64,000 bases of DNA from an uncultured bacterium (GTDB taxonomy: Bacteria > Muiribacteriota > Ozemobacteria > Ozemobacterales > Ozemobacteraceae): assembly GCA_964483805.1 (NCBI GenBank), contig CAZADH010000002.1:1163-65162 (forward strand), given 5' to 3'. Below the pieces are notes generated by a model that was not told the origin of the DNA, made no database searches, and saw nothing but the letters and a program-made list of their open reading frames with translations. This document shows, in pieces, positions 29,526-38,789 of the stretch (the first letter of the stretch is position 1; every line of letters begins with the position of its first letter). Both the position numbers and the translations under genes were made by a program.

Positions 29526-32207
29526 CTAGTCACGTTTGCGAATCATCACCACGCGGGCCACCGTGGCGCCGTCTTTGTCGATCATGATCGGCAAGACCCA
29601 GCCGGCCACATGATTCCCGGTCGCGTACCCGCGCGTCCAGTTCTTCTCGCCCTGGATATGCATCAAGTTACCCTCAGACGTGCGAACCGTCAACATGTCC
29701 GGAGTCACGGCCTCGATACGCCCTTCGACTTTCGTTTCGGAGGCACCGGCAACCGGCCCGGGTCGCGGGCCCTCGGGCGCCTCTTCATCGGCAACGAAGC
29801 TCGTGCACAAGAGTCCGAGACCAACCAGGGCGATCAACAACACGGCCGACCGAATCGGCGCGGTGACGAAAGCATGGTGAATCCCGGCAATGATCCAGGC
29901 CGGCCACGACAGGGTCTCCGCCGAGTCCGATGCGCCCTGCCCGCGCCCGGCCTGCATGGCGCGGCGACTGTAGGCCGGTGGCGGCGCCTGGCGTCGAGTC
30001 TGCTCTTCGCCCCACCGCCGCGCCCACTCCTGTTCGAGCGTTCCCATCTGATTGGCGGCGATCATGCCCAGTTCGAGCAACTGGTCGCGACAGCGGTCCA
30101 ATGTCGCCTTCGCCGCATCACGGGCCTCGCCCTCGAGCAGGCGTGACAGCCGATACAGTGGATACATGTTGGCCACGTCAGGGTTCAGCTCGAACAGACC
30201 GAGCGCCTCGTCACGCAGAGCAGCCGAGGGGCGTGACGCCAGAAAATCGCACAGCGTGTCGCGAACCAGCACCCAATCGAACTGAACGATGCTCGCCAGG
30301 GCCGAACGCCGGTGATCTTCGCTCTGGCTCTGCAACAGGGCCCGCACGGTTGACAGTGCCTGTCCGCCGTCGAAGTGCCGCAACACCTGCAAGGCCGTGG
30401 CCCGCACCCATGGATCGGGCGCATTGAGGAACTTGCCCAACACCGGCACGATAACATCGGTGCCGTGGCGGGCGAGATACTCGTGGGGGGCGTTAACGTG
30501 GTGGGGACTCGCGTTGTGCAGCCCCGTTTCGCCACCCCGGGCCACCCCCGGCCCCTCGCGGCGCCGGGCGGGGCGCAACGCCGCCGCCCGCAATGCCGCC
30601 GGCGACTGGCGGTCGCGCAGAATCTCGGTCAGTTGCGGTTTGATCGCCGGCAGATCGGCACTGCGCCATGAAGCAATACGTTGTATTTTACCGGTCAGCG
30701 ACAACTCGGCCCACGGCTCGGTTGCGACCGCGCTTGGCGCGTGGCCGGGGTCTGCCGGCGTCGCGGCCACCGGCGCATGATGGGTGTCCACCGGCGCAGG
30801 CACGGTCGTCTCCGGTTTTCGTTCCGGGGGTGGGGGTGGGGCTGCAGTTTTGCGCGCAACCACAACGGGGGAAGCTGGTTCGACGGGCACGGCGGAAGCG
30901 GGCGCCGCGTCGTCAGACGGTGCTCCCACCGTGGGCGCAACCGTCCCCGACTGCGAATCGACCTTCACCGCGGCCACAGGTGCCGACACGGGAACGGCAT
31001 CGATCACGGGCCCCGCGGCGAGCACCCGATCGAGGATCTGCCGCGCCTTGGGCGTCAGGTTCCACAGACGGGCTTCACGCAACGCGAGGCGCACCGGTTC
31101 ACCACCGATGCAGACCCGCATCAACGCGACGAGTTCGATCTCGACGTCGGCATCGGCAGCATCGAGACGCGTCAACCAGTCCTGCACGAACAACATCGCC
31201 GAGCGCCGCTCGCGGAAGGACGCCAGGCGCGCCAGGTACCCGGCGTGGTCGGTTCCCGACAGGCCGGCGGCTTCGACCGCCTCGGCCGCCGCATCGACCA
31301 GACGCTCGAGCAGCGCCGTCTTCTGCGGCCACGATTGCTCAGCCATCGTCGCCAACGTGAACGGCATGTCGAGATCCGGATTCATCGCCACCAGGGCCCC
31401 GGCTTCTTCGAGCAGTTCCAGATCCTGTTCTGCGGCCAAAAACTGGAGCAACACCGGCTTGACCGACTCGAACGGCAATAGGAAAAGGTTGCCGATCGCC
31501 GCCATTTTGGTGCGGGTTTCGGAGCCGAGCAGCATGCCTTGCAGGTGCTGCAGCGCCTCGTCGGGATCGACGGCCACCAGGCCCCACACCGCCAGCGCAC
31601 GCAATCGCGGTTCGGGCGAACTGAGAAACAGCGGCAACTGCTTGACGAGGTGTTGTGGCGCCAACGTGACCAGGCTCTCGAGCACCGCCATCTGCAAACC
31701 CAGATGCGGTGCGAGCAATCGGCTGGTCAAGACGTCGAGCCGCTCTTGCGGCCAGTGTTTGGCGAACGTGCGCACCAGAGCCGCCCCCACGACCGGATCG
31801 GTCTCGCCGACGAGCAAATCGGGAGCATGCACGGCAAGGGCGGCCCGTCGCTTCTCGTCACACCCCAGAATCAACTCGAGCCGTTGCGCCGGGTCGACGC
31901 GCTTCAGTTCGGTCACGAACTCATGGTCCGTCGCCGGCACGCGCGGCGTCCCGTCTTTGCCAACGATGACTCCTGCCGACTGCGGGGCGACACGGCGCGC
32001 GACGGCGGCGATAGCGTATTCGAGCAGCATGCGACACTCGGGGTCGTCCTCGACCAACAGTCGCTCGTGGAGCTCGCGCAACAGATCGTCGGTGTGGCCG
32101 TGCCGCAACGCTTCTTCGTACGCCATGAGGCGGAACGAACGGAACGGCGCTGCCAGATCGGCGCGCCACGGCTCCCGAACGTTCGGCCTGGTCTGATTGT
32201 CGCTCAC
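29526..32207 (-). CDS. HEAT (PBS-lyase-like) repeat protein with Pro/Ala-rich linker, C-terminal TM segment and small C-terminal domain
   Basis: Repeated Leu-rich HEAT-like units. A TM segment near the C-terminus (AVLLIALVGLGLLCTSF). Same operon as the STAS gene. GTG start at 32207 has a weak RBS, so the start is uncertain. Confidence 0.65.
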   Translation of the reverse strand: MSDNQTRPNVREPWRADLAAPFRSFRLMAYEEALRHGHTDDLLRELHERLLVEDDPECRMLLEYAIAAVARRVAPQSAGVIVGKDGTPRVPATDHEFVTELKRVDPAQRLELILGCDEKRRAALAVHAPDLLVGETDPVVGAALVRTFAKHWPQERLDVLTSRLLAPHLGLQMAVLESLVTLAPQHLVKQLPLFLSSPEPRLRALAVWGLVAVDPDEALQHLQGMLLGSETRTKMAAIGNLFLLPFESVKPVLLQFLAAEQDLELLEEAGALVAMNPDLDMPFTLATMAEQSWPQKTALLERLVDAAAEAVEAAGLSGTDHAGYLARLASFRERRSAMLFVQDWLTRLDAADADVEIELVALMRVCIGGEPVRLALREARLWNLTPKARQILDRVLAAGPVIDAVPVSAPVAAVKVDSQSGTVAPTVGAPSDDAAPASAVPVEPASPVVVARKTAAPPPPPERKPETTVPAPVDTHHAPVAATPADPGHAPSAVATEPWAELSLTGKIQRIASWRSADLPAIKPQLTEILRDRQSPAALRAAALRPARRREGPGVARGGETGLHNASPHHVNAPHEYLARHGTDVIVPVLGKFLNAPDPWVRATALQVLRHFDGGQALSTVRALLQSQSEDHRRSALASIVQFDWVLVRDTLCDFLASRPSAALRDEALGLFELNPDVANMYPLYRLSRLLEGEARDAAKATLDRCRDQLLELGMIAANQMGTLEQEWARRWGEEQTRRQAPPPAYSRRAMQAGRGQGASDSAETLSWPAWIIAGIHHAFVTAPIRSAVLLIALVGLGLLCTSFVADEEAPEGPRPGPVAGASETKVEGRIEAVTPDMLTVRTSEGNLMHIQGEKNWTRGYATGNHVAGWVLPIMIDKDGATVARVVMIRKRD

Positions 32208-32270
32208 GGCCAGCGACCCATTACAGTTTCAACGGCCACCCGCTGTCGACACCTCCAGAAAAAACACGCA

Positions 32271-32299
32271 GAGTTCCGAATCCCGAGTTCCGAGTTCCT
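32271..32299. repeat. three direct (C)GAGTTCC repeats in the divergent promoter region
   Basis: Copies at 32271-32277, 32286-32292 and 32293-32299, flanked by A-tracts. Lies between the HEAT-STAS operon and the channel gene. Confidence 0.5.
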
Positions 32300-32420
32300 C
32301 AGGATCATCGGCATATCTCTGAAAAAAGCCCAGCCGACCACCACCATCGCCGCACCGACCATCGCCGTCCCCGTGTGAATTCGATTCCAGACCGGCATTG
32401 TGACACAGAACCGGTGGCGG

Positions 32421-32450
32421 TTGCATCGGTGGGGTGCCGACCACTACAAT
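32421..32450 (+). promoter_or_regulatory. sigma70-like promoter TTGCAT-18-TACAAT abutting the channel ATG (leaderless mRNA predicted)
   Basis: -35 at 32421-32426 and -10 at 32445-32450. The ATG lies at 32457, only 6 nt after the -10. Confidence 0.5.
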
Positions 32451-32456
32451 CCCGGC

Positions 32457-33893
32457 ATGAAGCCGGAACCACCGATCCTGCAAAAAAACGTCGAGCGCCG
32501 ACGACACCCCAGAATTCGCGCAATCGTCGATCATCCGCTGTCAGGACTGATCGTGGTCATCCTCATCTTCCTGTCTGTTGCACTCCTCGTGGTCGAAACG
32601 ACATGCAGCATCTCACCGGAAATGATGGGTGGACTGCAGTTGTTGACCGATGCGCTCACCATCTTCTTCGTCATCGAACTGATCCTCCGCTGGATCGTAA
32701 GTCCGTCCAATGCACGGTTTCTGCGCAACCACTGGATCGATATCCTCGCCGTGCTCCCGTTGTTGCGGGTGTTTCGCCTCGGCCGCATTTTTCAACTCGT
32801 GCGCTTGTTGCGCGTCTTCTCGCTTGCTACCGTCTTTCAGCGCCGTGTCGCCCAGTTTGGCGGCGTGTTCGAAGGGCGGGCCGTCGAATACTCGATCTTG
32901 ACCGGGTTCCTGCTGTTTGCGCTGTTGTTCGGCACCATCGGCTTCACCGAGTTCGAAGTCGGGCGGAATCCGACCCTGAACACCCCCGAGGACGCGTTCT
33001 GGAAGGCCTTGTTCTCACTGCTCTCGAATCAGTATGCCGACTATCCTGCGACCCTTGGCGGTCGCCTCGTTTTCGCACTGTTGTCGTTGTTCGGCATGAG
33101 TGTCTTCGCGATGTTGACCGGCACGATATCTGCCGTCATGATCGACAAACTCAAGGAGAGAGCGATGCAACGCCCGGTAAACCCCGACGATCTCGAGCAC
33201 CATATTGTCATTTGCGGCTTCAGCGCCAAAGTTGCCATTATCGTTCGCGAGTTTCTTGCCGAACCTCGTTACGCCGACCGCGACATCATTCTCGTCTCAG
33301 CACAGGCCGATCTTGACGAGTTACGCACCGGGGGCATCCGCACCGAACGCATCGGCGTCGTGCGCGAGGATTTCACGCGCATCGACGCGCTCCAAAGGGC
33401 TGGAATCACCCGTGCCGACGTGGCCATCGTCCTCTCTGAAGCCGGAGAAAACCGCGCGAACCACGACATCGATGCCAGGACCCTGCTGGCTGCATTGTCC
33501 ATTGCTCGTTTGCGCCCGGGCATTCACCTCTGCGCTGAACTCTACCACCGCGAATACAGTGCCCATCTGAAGATGGGCGGCATCACCAATATCGTCATCC
33601 AGGGTGAGGTCTCGGGCAGTCTTCTGGCACGAATCGCCATGAACGAGGGTTTGCTCCCGTTCTTTGAAGATTTGCTTACGCCGGGAGAAGGCAACGCACT
33701 CTTGTTTGTGAAACCCCCGGCGAATCTCGTCGGCCGCTCCGTTCGCGATGCCGTTCCGCTCCTGCACGCCACCGAAAATTCACTGCTCGTCGCAGTGAAA
33801 TCACCCAACAGCGAACTGCGCATCAATGCAGGCGATCATGTCATCCGCAGTGATGACGAACTGCTGGTGATCACCCCGGCCCGCGGCGGTTGA
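32457..33893 (+). CDS. voltage-gated ion channel (S1-S4 voltage sensor + pore) fused to an RCK/TrkA-N domain; non-canonical filter
   Basis: S4 LRVFRLGRIFQLVRLLRVF. Pore helix FWKALFSLLS followed by NQYAD instead of T[VI]GYGD. RCK Rossmann HIVICGFSAKVAIIVREF. Confidence 0.8.
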   Translation: MKPEPPILQKNVERRRHPRIRAIVDHPLSGLIVVILIFLSVALLVVETTCSISPEMMGGLQLLTDALTIFFVIELILRWIVSPSNARFLRNHWIDILAVLPLLRVFRLGRIFQLVRLLRVFSLATVFQRRVAQFGGVFEGRAVEYSILTGFLLFALLFGTIGFTEFEVGRNPTLNTPEDAFWKALFSLLSNQYADYPATLGGRLVFALLSLFGMSVFAMLTGTISAVMIDKLKERAMQRPVNPDDLEHHIVICGFSAKVAIIVREFLAEPRYADRDIILVSAQADLDELRTGGIRTERIGVVREDFTRIDALQRAGITRADVAIVLSEAGENRANHDIDARTLLAALSIARLRPGIHLCAELYHREYSAHLKMGGITNIVIQGEVSGSLLARIAMNEGLLPFFEDLLTPGEGNALLFVKPPANLVGRSVRDAVPLLHATENSLLVAVKSPNSELRINAGDHVIRSDDELLVITPARGG

Positions 33894-34037
33894 TGCCAGA
33901 CGGCGGCACCACGCGTACGCGGCTTCGGTGCACCGTGGCCAGGTCAGCAAAATTTGACGGTTCCGACCACAATCTGCAAGAATTGATGTACTGAACCGAT
34001 GGCCCCGTTCGTGTCTGCCATCGAGAAGGGGTTGATC

Positions 34038-34937
34038 ATGCGCAAACTGATGCTCGTGCTGTTGATCGCAATCGGGTTCTGCAGCGTCTCGTTGCCCGCC
34101 GACTGCCAGGAATTGACGGTCTTTGCCATGTGCCCACCGCGAACCATGAGCTGGGCCAATCCGCGCGCGCTGCTGTTCTCGACCGCCGGCAACAAACTGA
34201 CTTTCCACCACATGCAGTACAAGCACTCGATCGGCCACGTCTTCATCGAACTGAAGAACGGTGACGAGCGCATGATGGCCGGCAGCATTCCGGTCGGTGA
34301 TTCGAACGCCCTCAACAAACAAATGTTGATGAAAGAAGGCGTCGGCCTCGGCATCCTGTTCGCCAACATGCCCGGCACGCTCGAAACCGCGGCCGACCTC
34401 GATCCGCAACTGCCCGACCGCTACACCTCGGGTCGCATCGCTTTCATCACGTTCAGACTGAGCCAGTCGACCTACGACCGTCTGGTCAAATTCATCAAGG
34501 AATACAAAGAGCGCGGTTACGACAAGATCTACAACGGGCTCAACGAACCGCGCCGCGGATTGGGCGCCGGGTGCGGCACCTTCGGCATGGCCTGCCTCGA
34601 TGTCGCCGGCTTGTTGCATCCGGTCTGGCGCAACGTCTGGTACCGGCATGTCGACATCGCGCAACGCCTGATCGGCGGCCGTTTCGGCGGCGGCAAGAAG
34701 GTCTCGGTCGCCCAGATCCTCATGGCTGGCTGCTGGGCCCGCGACGGCGAACCGACCCGCCGCCTCGACCTGTGCGATCCCGACCTCGTCTACAAGTGGG
34801 TCAACGCCACCTACGATCGCCAACTCGAAAACGGCGACCGCCGCATTGGCCTGGTCAAGCGCAAGAACGCCAAGGGGCTCGTTTACGACTGTTCGCATGT
34901 GCCGACCCCGACCGAGCCGATCTTCATCGACGACTGA
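34038..34937 (+). CDS. secreted hypothetical protein
   Basis: Signal peptide MRKLMLVLLIAIGFCSVSLPA. No recognisable domain. Followed by a strong intrinsic terminator. Confidence 0.55.
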   Translation: MRKLMLVLLIAIGFCSVSLPADCQELTVFAMCPPRTMSWANPRALLFSTAGNKLTFHHMQYKHSIGHVFIELKNGDERMMAGSIPVGDSNALNKQMLMKEGVGLGILFANMPGTLETAADLDPQLPDRYTSGRIAFITFRLSQSTYDRLVKFIKEYKERGYDKIYNGLNEPRRGLGAGCGTFGMACLDVAGLLHPVWRNVWYRHVDIAQRLIGGRFGGGKKVSVAQILMAGCWARDGEPTRRLDLCDPDLVYKWVNATYDRQLENGDRRIGLVKRKNAKGLVYDCSHVPTPTEPIFIDD

Positions 34938-34958
34938 CCGTTCTCGTCACGACGGCAA

Positions 34959-35001
34959 CACCCCCGGCGACCTCGCGGACGCCGGGGGTGCTTGTTTTGT
35001 T
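34959..35001 (+). terminator. rho-independent terminator (11-bp perfect GC stem, 10-nt loop, CTTGTTTTGTT tail)
   Basis: CACCCCCGGCG (34959-34969) / CGCCGGGGGTG (34980-34990) followed by a T-rich tract. Confidence 0.55.
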
Positions 35002-35025
35002 CAATACAATATATTACAAATCAGG
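35002..35025. repeat. conserved AT-rich element CAATACAATATATTACAAATCAGG overlapping the HAD gene stop codon
   Basis: 22/24 identical (one indel) to 59529-59552 and related to 58144-58162. In all three cases the TCA of AATCAG is the stop codon (TGA) of a minus-strand gene. Confidence 0.45.
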
Positions 35026-35671
35026 ACCAGAGCGCGCGCACCCGGGCCGCAATCTTGTCGTGGTCGGTGACCTGCCAGGCCCAGAGGTGCTGCCGACGGC
35101 CCTCGGCAACATAATCGGGAATGTCGTCGAGGTAGAGAATGTGCTCGGGGGCCATGCCTGCCTGGGCGATGGCGTCGTGATAGATGGCCGGGTCTGGTTT
35201 CATCGCGCCCACACGGTGCGACATCGTCAGTTGGTTGAACCAGCGCAACGCCGGGTTGGTGCGGATCTCGAGACGTTCGTGCAGGGCATTGGTGTTCGAC
35301 AGCAAGCCGATGCGGCAACGGGGTGCCAGCCACTCGACCAACGCCGTCATGACCTCGGAACGCACGAAGATGCCGGCAAAGGCCTCGTCAAAGAGAGCAC
35401 AATCGAGCGGAATGCCGAGAATGTCGCACACCCGTTGGCGGAAAACGGCCTCGTCGAGTTCGCCCCGCTCAAACTCGGAGGCCAACGCCGTATGCGCGTA
35501 GAGTTGCCGCCACGCGACCTCCGGATCGCGCGGGGAGCCGGCGAGCAGGCGGCGGATGAAGCGACGGTTGTCGAACCAGGCCATGACGTTGCCGTAATCG
35601 AACAACACCAGGCGGGGTCGCCACCCCGCCGGCGCAACCGGACCGTTCTGTGCAAAAGCAACCGTGTTCAT
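35021..35671 (-). CDS. HAD family hydrolase (HAD-IA-like)
   Basis: LVLFDYGNVM (motif I DxG/N), LLSNTN and YLDDIPDYV motifs. Start taken at ATG 35671. Confidence 0.7.
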   Translation of the reverse strand: MNTVAFAQNGPVAPAGWRPRLVLFDYGNVMAWFDNRRFIRRLLAGSPRDPEVAWRQLYAHTALASEFERGELDEAVFRQRVCDILGIPLDCALFDEAFAGIFVRSEVMTALVEWLAPRCRIGLLSNTNALHERLEIRTNPALRWFNQLTMSHRVGAMKPDPAIYHDAIAQAGMAPEHILYLDDIPDYVAEGRRQHLWAWQVTDHDKIAARVRALWS

Positions 35672-35704
35672 GCGGCGGCATGATACCATGACCCGGGATC
35701 AACC

Positions 35705-36172
35705 ATGGCCAACTTCTCAGTATTCAAAGCGATCGTGCGCGAACAACTGCGCAAGATTCCGCGCCGGTTTCGGCGCGGCGTGCATGGCTTTCGCGTCGAA
35801 CGACGCGCCAAGCGGCAGCCCGGCTCGTTGTCGGGGCTCTACATTCTCGGCACGTATCACACCGACGCCGACCATCTCGGGCCCGTAGTTACATTGTATT
35901 ACGGTTCGTTTCGCCGCGTTTTCCCCGAGGCGACGCTGCGCCTGGTGCGCCGCGAGGTGGCCAAGACCATTGCCCACGAACTGCTGCACCACTGGGAACT
36001 GCAAGCCGGACGCGACCTGCTCGGTGACGAAGACCGCCTGCAGTTAGCGCGCTGGCGCCGCCGCATGGGTCTGGCCGGCGATACGATCACCGGGCGCAGC
36101 GTCCTCGAGGCGCTCACCTTCATCTATTGCCTGCTGTTGATCCTGGCTTTCGTCGCCGCACTCGCCAATTGA
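35705..36172 (+). CDS. minimal zincin-like metallopeptidase family protein (HExxH, COG3824-like)
   Basis: AHELLHHWEL HExxH motif in a ~150-aa protein with a C-terminal hydrophobic tail. Confidence 0.65.
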   Translation: MANFSVFKAIVREQLRKIPRRFRRGVHGFRVERRAKRQPGSLSGLYILGTYHTDADHLGPVVTLYYGSFRRVFPEATLRLVRREVAKTIAHELLHHWELQAGRDLLGDEDRLQLARWRRRMGLAGDTITGRSVLEALTFIYCLLLILAFVAALAN

Positions 36173-36174
36173 CA

Positions 36175-36202
36175 ACGCCGCGGCCTGACTGCGCCGCGGC
36201 GT
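36175..36202. terminator. 10-bp perfect GC hairpin (ACGCCGCGGC / GCCGCGGCGT, 8-nt loop) between convergent genes
   Basis: Immediately after the TGA at 36170-36172 and 24 nt from the GH1 stop. No strong U-tract. Confidence 0.4.
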
Positions 36203-36225
36203 GATCGACGACGAGCGAAGAACGA

Positions 36226-37653
36226 TCAGGGCAACCCGTTGGCGGCGGCACATTTGCCGAGCATATCGGCGCCCGGAGCGAGTTTGCGTTCTTGAACCGC
36301 AGTGTTGACCGTCAACAACCCACGTTTCGGCGCAAACCCATGTTCGTATTCGAAGCCCGACAACAGCGGTTCGACGAAGAACCCACGCAGATCGACACCT
36401 TGCGCAACCGCGGCCACGGCGTGACGCACATGCTCGAGAATGAAGGCCTCACGACGCGTGCCGGCGCGATCGTCGACACCGACCATCGCGTAAACCGGCA
36501 CCTGGACCGACTTGAGCGAAACCAGCAGTTTCGCCAGATCGGCCGGATCGATGACTTGCCCCAGGTCGTCGGCCGCCATGCCCTGCGGCACGACCCGCTC
36601 GACGAACAGGGGCTTGAGCAGGTTGAACTTGATCTCGGCCAGGCCGCGGTAGTTCACGATCAGGAAATCGGCCGCCTTCGGGAACAACGGGCCACCGGCA
36701 TTGATCGGGGCGCCACCGGGAACCGACCCGCCTTTGCCAAAGGTGTCGCTCTTGCCGAACGCCTCGCCCTTGCCGCTGGAACCCGATTGACCGGCCGGGA
36801 GCGCTCGCGGCAGCACACCGTCGAGGAAGGTCCAGTTCATCAACCCGTCTTGGGCACGGGCCAACGCCACGTCGGTCGGGTTGTCGATGCGCGCCGGGCG
36901 AACCCAGGTCATGCCGTGCAGGAGACCGACGGCGCAGTTGACGCCATCGTTGTCGGCATCGGCCAGATCGTGCCGCTTGAGCATATCGTAGGCACCGCGT
37001 TGCATGCCCATCAGCACGGCAACCGCTTTGCCGTAGGGCGTCACGTCACACATGCCCGGCGGACACCGCGCGTCTTTGAAAGCCCGGGTGGCATAGGAAA
37101 CCGGCTCCCGCAGCGGCAACCACTCGTCGACTTTGTCGCCGAGTCGCTTGGCCACAACCTCAGCGTACTTGTCGAAATCGAGGATGGTCGCGGGCACCAT
37201 CAACCCACCTTTGGCAGCAACCCACTGCGGCAAGGTATGATCGAACAGCACGACCATCGGGCGCAACCCCGCCTTGCGCGCGGCACCAAGCACTTCGGCA
37301 TAGTGGGCCAACGACGCCTCGTCGAACTGACCCTGCATCGGCTCGATGCGGCTCCATTCGAGCGAGATGATCAAGGCGTTGAGATGGAGCTTCTTTGCCC
37401 AGTCGATGTCTTCGGGATACAACTGCCAATGGTTGCAGGCCTGCCCCGACACTGAACCATCGGAGATCTTGCCGGGCATCTGTTCCCACATTGTCCAGTC
37501 GTTGGCGTGGTTGCCCTCGTTGGCGTGGGCAGAAATCAGGCTGCCCCACAAAAACCCCGGACCAAACCCGTTACCACCGGCCCAGACCGTCGTGCCGACC
37601 AGCAGGGCCATTCCGAGGATGCATGCGATGGCGCCGATTGACTGTCGTTTCAT
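36226..37653 (-). CDS. GH1 family beta-glucosidase-like glycoside hydrolase, secreted
   Basis: GH1-like LEWSRIEP and NEGNHANDW regions. Signal peptide MKRQSIGAIACILGMALLVGTTVWA. GGAG SD 7 nt before ATG 37653. Confidence 0.7.
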   Translation of the reverse strand: MKRQSIGAIACILGMALLVGTTVWAGGNGFGPGFLWGSLISAHANEGNHANDWTMWEQMPGKISDGSVSGQACNHWQLYPEDIDWAKKLHLNALIISLEWSRIEPMQGQFDEASLAHYAEVLGAARKAGLRPMVVLFDHTLPQWVAAKGGLMVPATILDFDKYAEVVAKRLGDKVDEWLPLREPVSYATRAFKDARCPPGMCDVTPYGKAVAVLMGMQRGAYDMLKRHDLADADNDGVNCAVGLLHGMTWVRPARIDNPTDVALARAQDGLMNWTFLDGVLPRALPAGQSGSSGKGEAFGKSDTFGKGGSVPGGAPINAGGPLFPKAADFLIVNYRGLAEIKFNLLKPLFVERVVPQGMAADDLGQVIDPADLAKLLVSLKSVQVPVYAMVGVDDRAGTRREAFILEHVRHAVAAVAQGVDLRGFFVEPLLSGFEYEHGFAPKRGLLTVNTAVQERKLAPGADMLGKCAAANGLP

Positions 37654-37838
37654 GGCTGTTCTCCAGAATCGTGCTGTTCTTCGCGGGGTCGACACACCAA
37701 TACTTAATGTGGCCGTGTCGAACCGCACCGATGGGATTATACCCGACAGACCGGTACCCCCTGCAAGAGTGAGAGAACGAGTTACCGTTCCGAACCCCTT
37801 GTACTGCGACCAGCGAGGTCGTAAAATGAACCCGAACC

Positions 37839-38789
37839 ATGAAACCGCACGATGACATGAGCCCAGACCCAACCGAAACCGAGCCCGTCCCAACGGACCG
37901 GCCGCCCGAGCCCGTGCGGCATCCGCGCACCGGCGACTCCACACCCGACCCCACAACCGAAGCGCTGTTGGGTGCGGTCGATCGCGGTGGTCTCGGACGG
38001 CACGGCGCCCGTCTGATCGTCGGGCTCGCCGCTTCCGGCCGAACGCTGTTCACCCTCGACGAGATCCACCGCCGCAGCGGGTTGCACCCGCGGCACTGCG
38101 AGTCATTGTTGCGTGGGCTCGTTGAGCGCGGGTGGCTGCGCCGGGTACGCAAGGGCCTGTATGCGCTCATCCCCATCGACATCGTCGATGCCCGACAGTG
38201 GTCGCCGGACCCCGTGTTGGTTGCCGCCCATCTGTTCAGCCATGCCACCTTGTCGCACGGCACGGCGCTGCTCATTCATGGCCTGACACTTCAGGGCCGG
38301 CCAATGTTCCCCTACACGGTCGTCAGCCCGATGCGCCAGGCCGATGTGATGATCGACCAGAACCAATACCATGCCGTCTACCGCCCGGCGGAAGCCGCGT
38401 TCGGCGCGATGGACCTCTTTCACAGCGGCACCCTCGTGCGGGTCACCGACCTCGAACGCACGTTCTGCGACGTTCTCCTCGAACCCGATCACTGTGGCGG
38501 CATCTGGGAAGCCATGCGTGCTTTTGGACAACTGCACGACCGGCTCGACTTCGAACGCCTCGATGAATATGTACAACGTATTGATCGCCGGGTGTTGTGC
38601 AAGCGCCTTGGTTACACCTGCGAACTGTTCGGGGTGTTCGGGCCCTGGCTAGACCGCTGGCATGCGCGTGTCGATGCCAACTACAACCTGCTCGATCCGA
38701 CCGGGCAGGTGCGGGGCCTCACCCATCCGCGCTGGCGTTTGCGCATCAACATCAACCCGCGCTACCTCGAAACCCTGGCGCGGCGATGA
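37839..38789 (+). CDS. AbiEi-like wHTH domain protein (type IV TA antitoxin / transcriptional regulator-like)
   Basis: LFTLDEIHRRSGLHPRHCESLLRGLVERGWLRRVRKGLYALIP matches the AbiEi_4 N-terminal wHTH. Acidic/Pro-rich N-terminal extension; the start is uncertain. Confidence 0.6.
   Translation: MKPHDDMSPDPTETEPVPTDRPPEPVRHPRTGDSTPDPTTEALLGAVDRGGLGRHGARLIVGLAASGRTLFTLDEIHRRSGLHPRHCESLLRGLVERGWLRRVRKGLYALIPIDIVDARQWSPDPVLVAAHLFSHATLSHGTALLIHGLTLQGRPMFPYTVVSPMRQADVMIDQNQYHAVYRPAEAAFGAMDLFHSGTLVRVTDLERTFCDVLLEPDHCGGIWEAMRAFGQLHDRLDFERLDEYVQRIDRRVLCKRLGYTCELFGVFGPWLDRWHARVDANYNLLDPTGQVRGLTHPRWRLRININPRYLETLARR

Noticed and set aside
32271-32299. CRISPR-like repeat
   Set aside because: Repeats are 7-8 nt with no spacers of CRISPR size. 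No cas genes.
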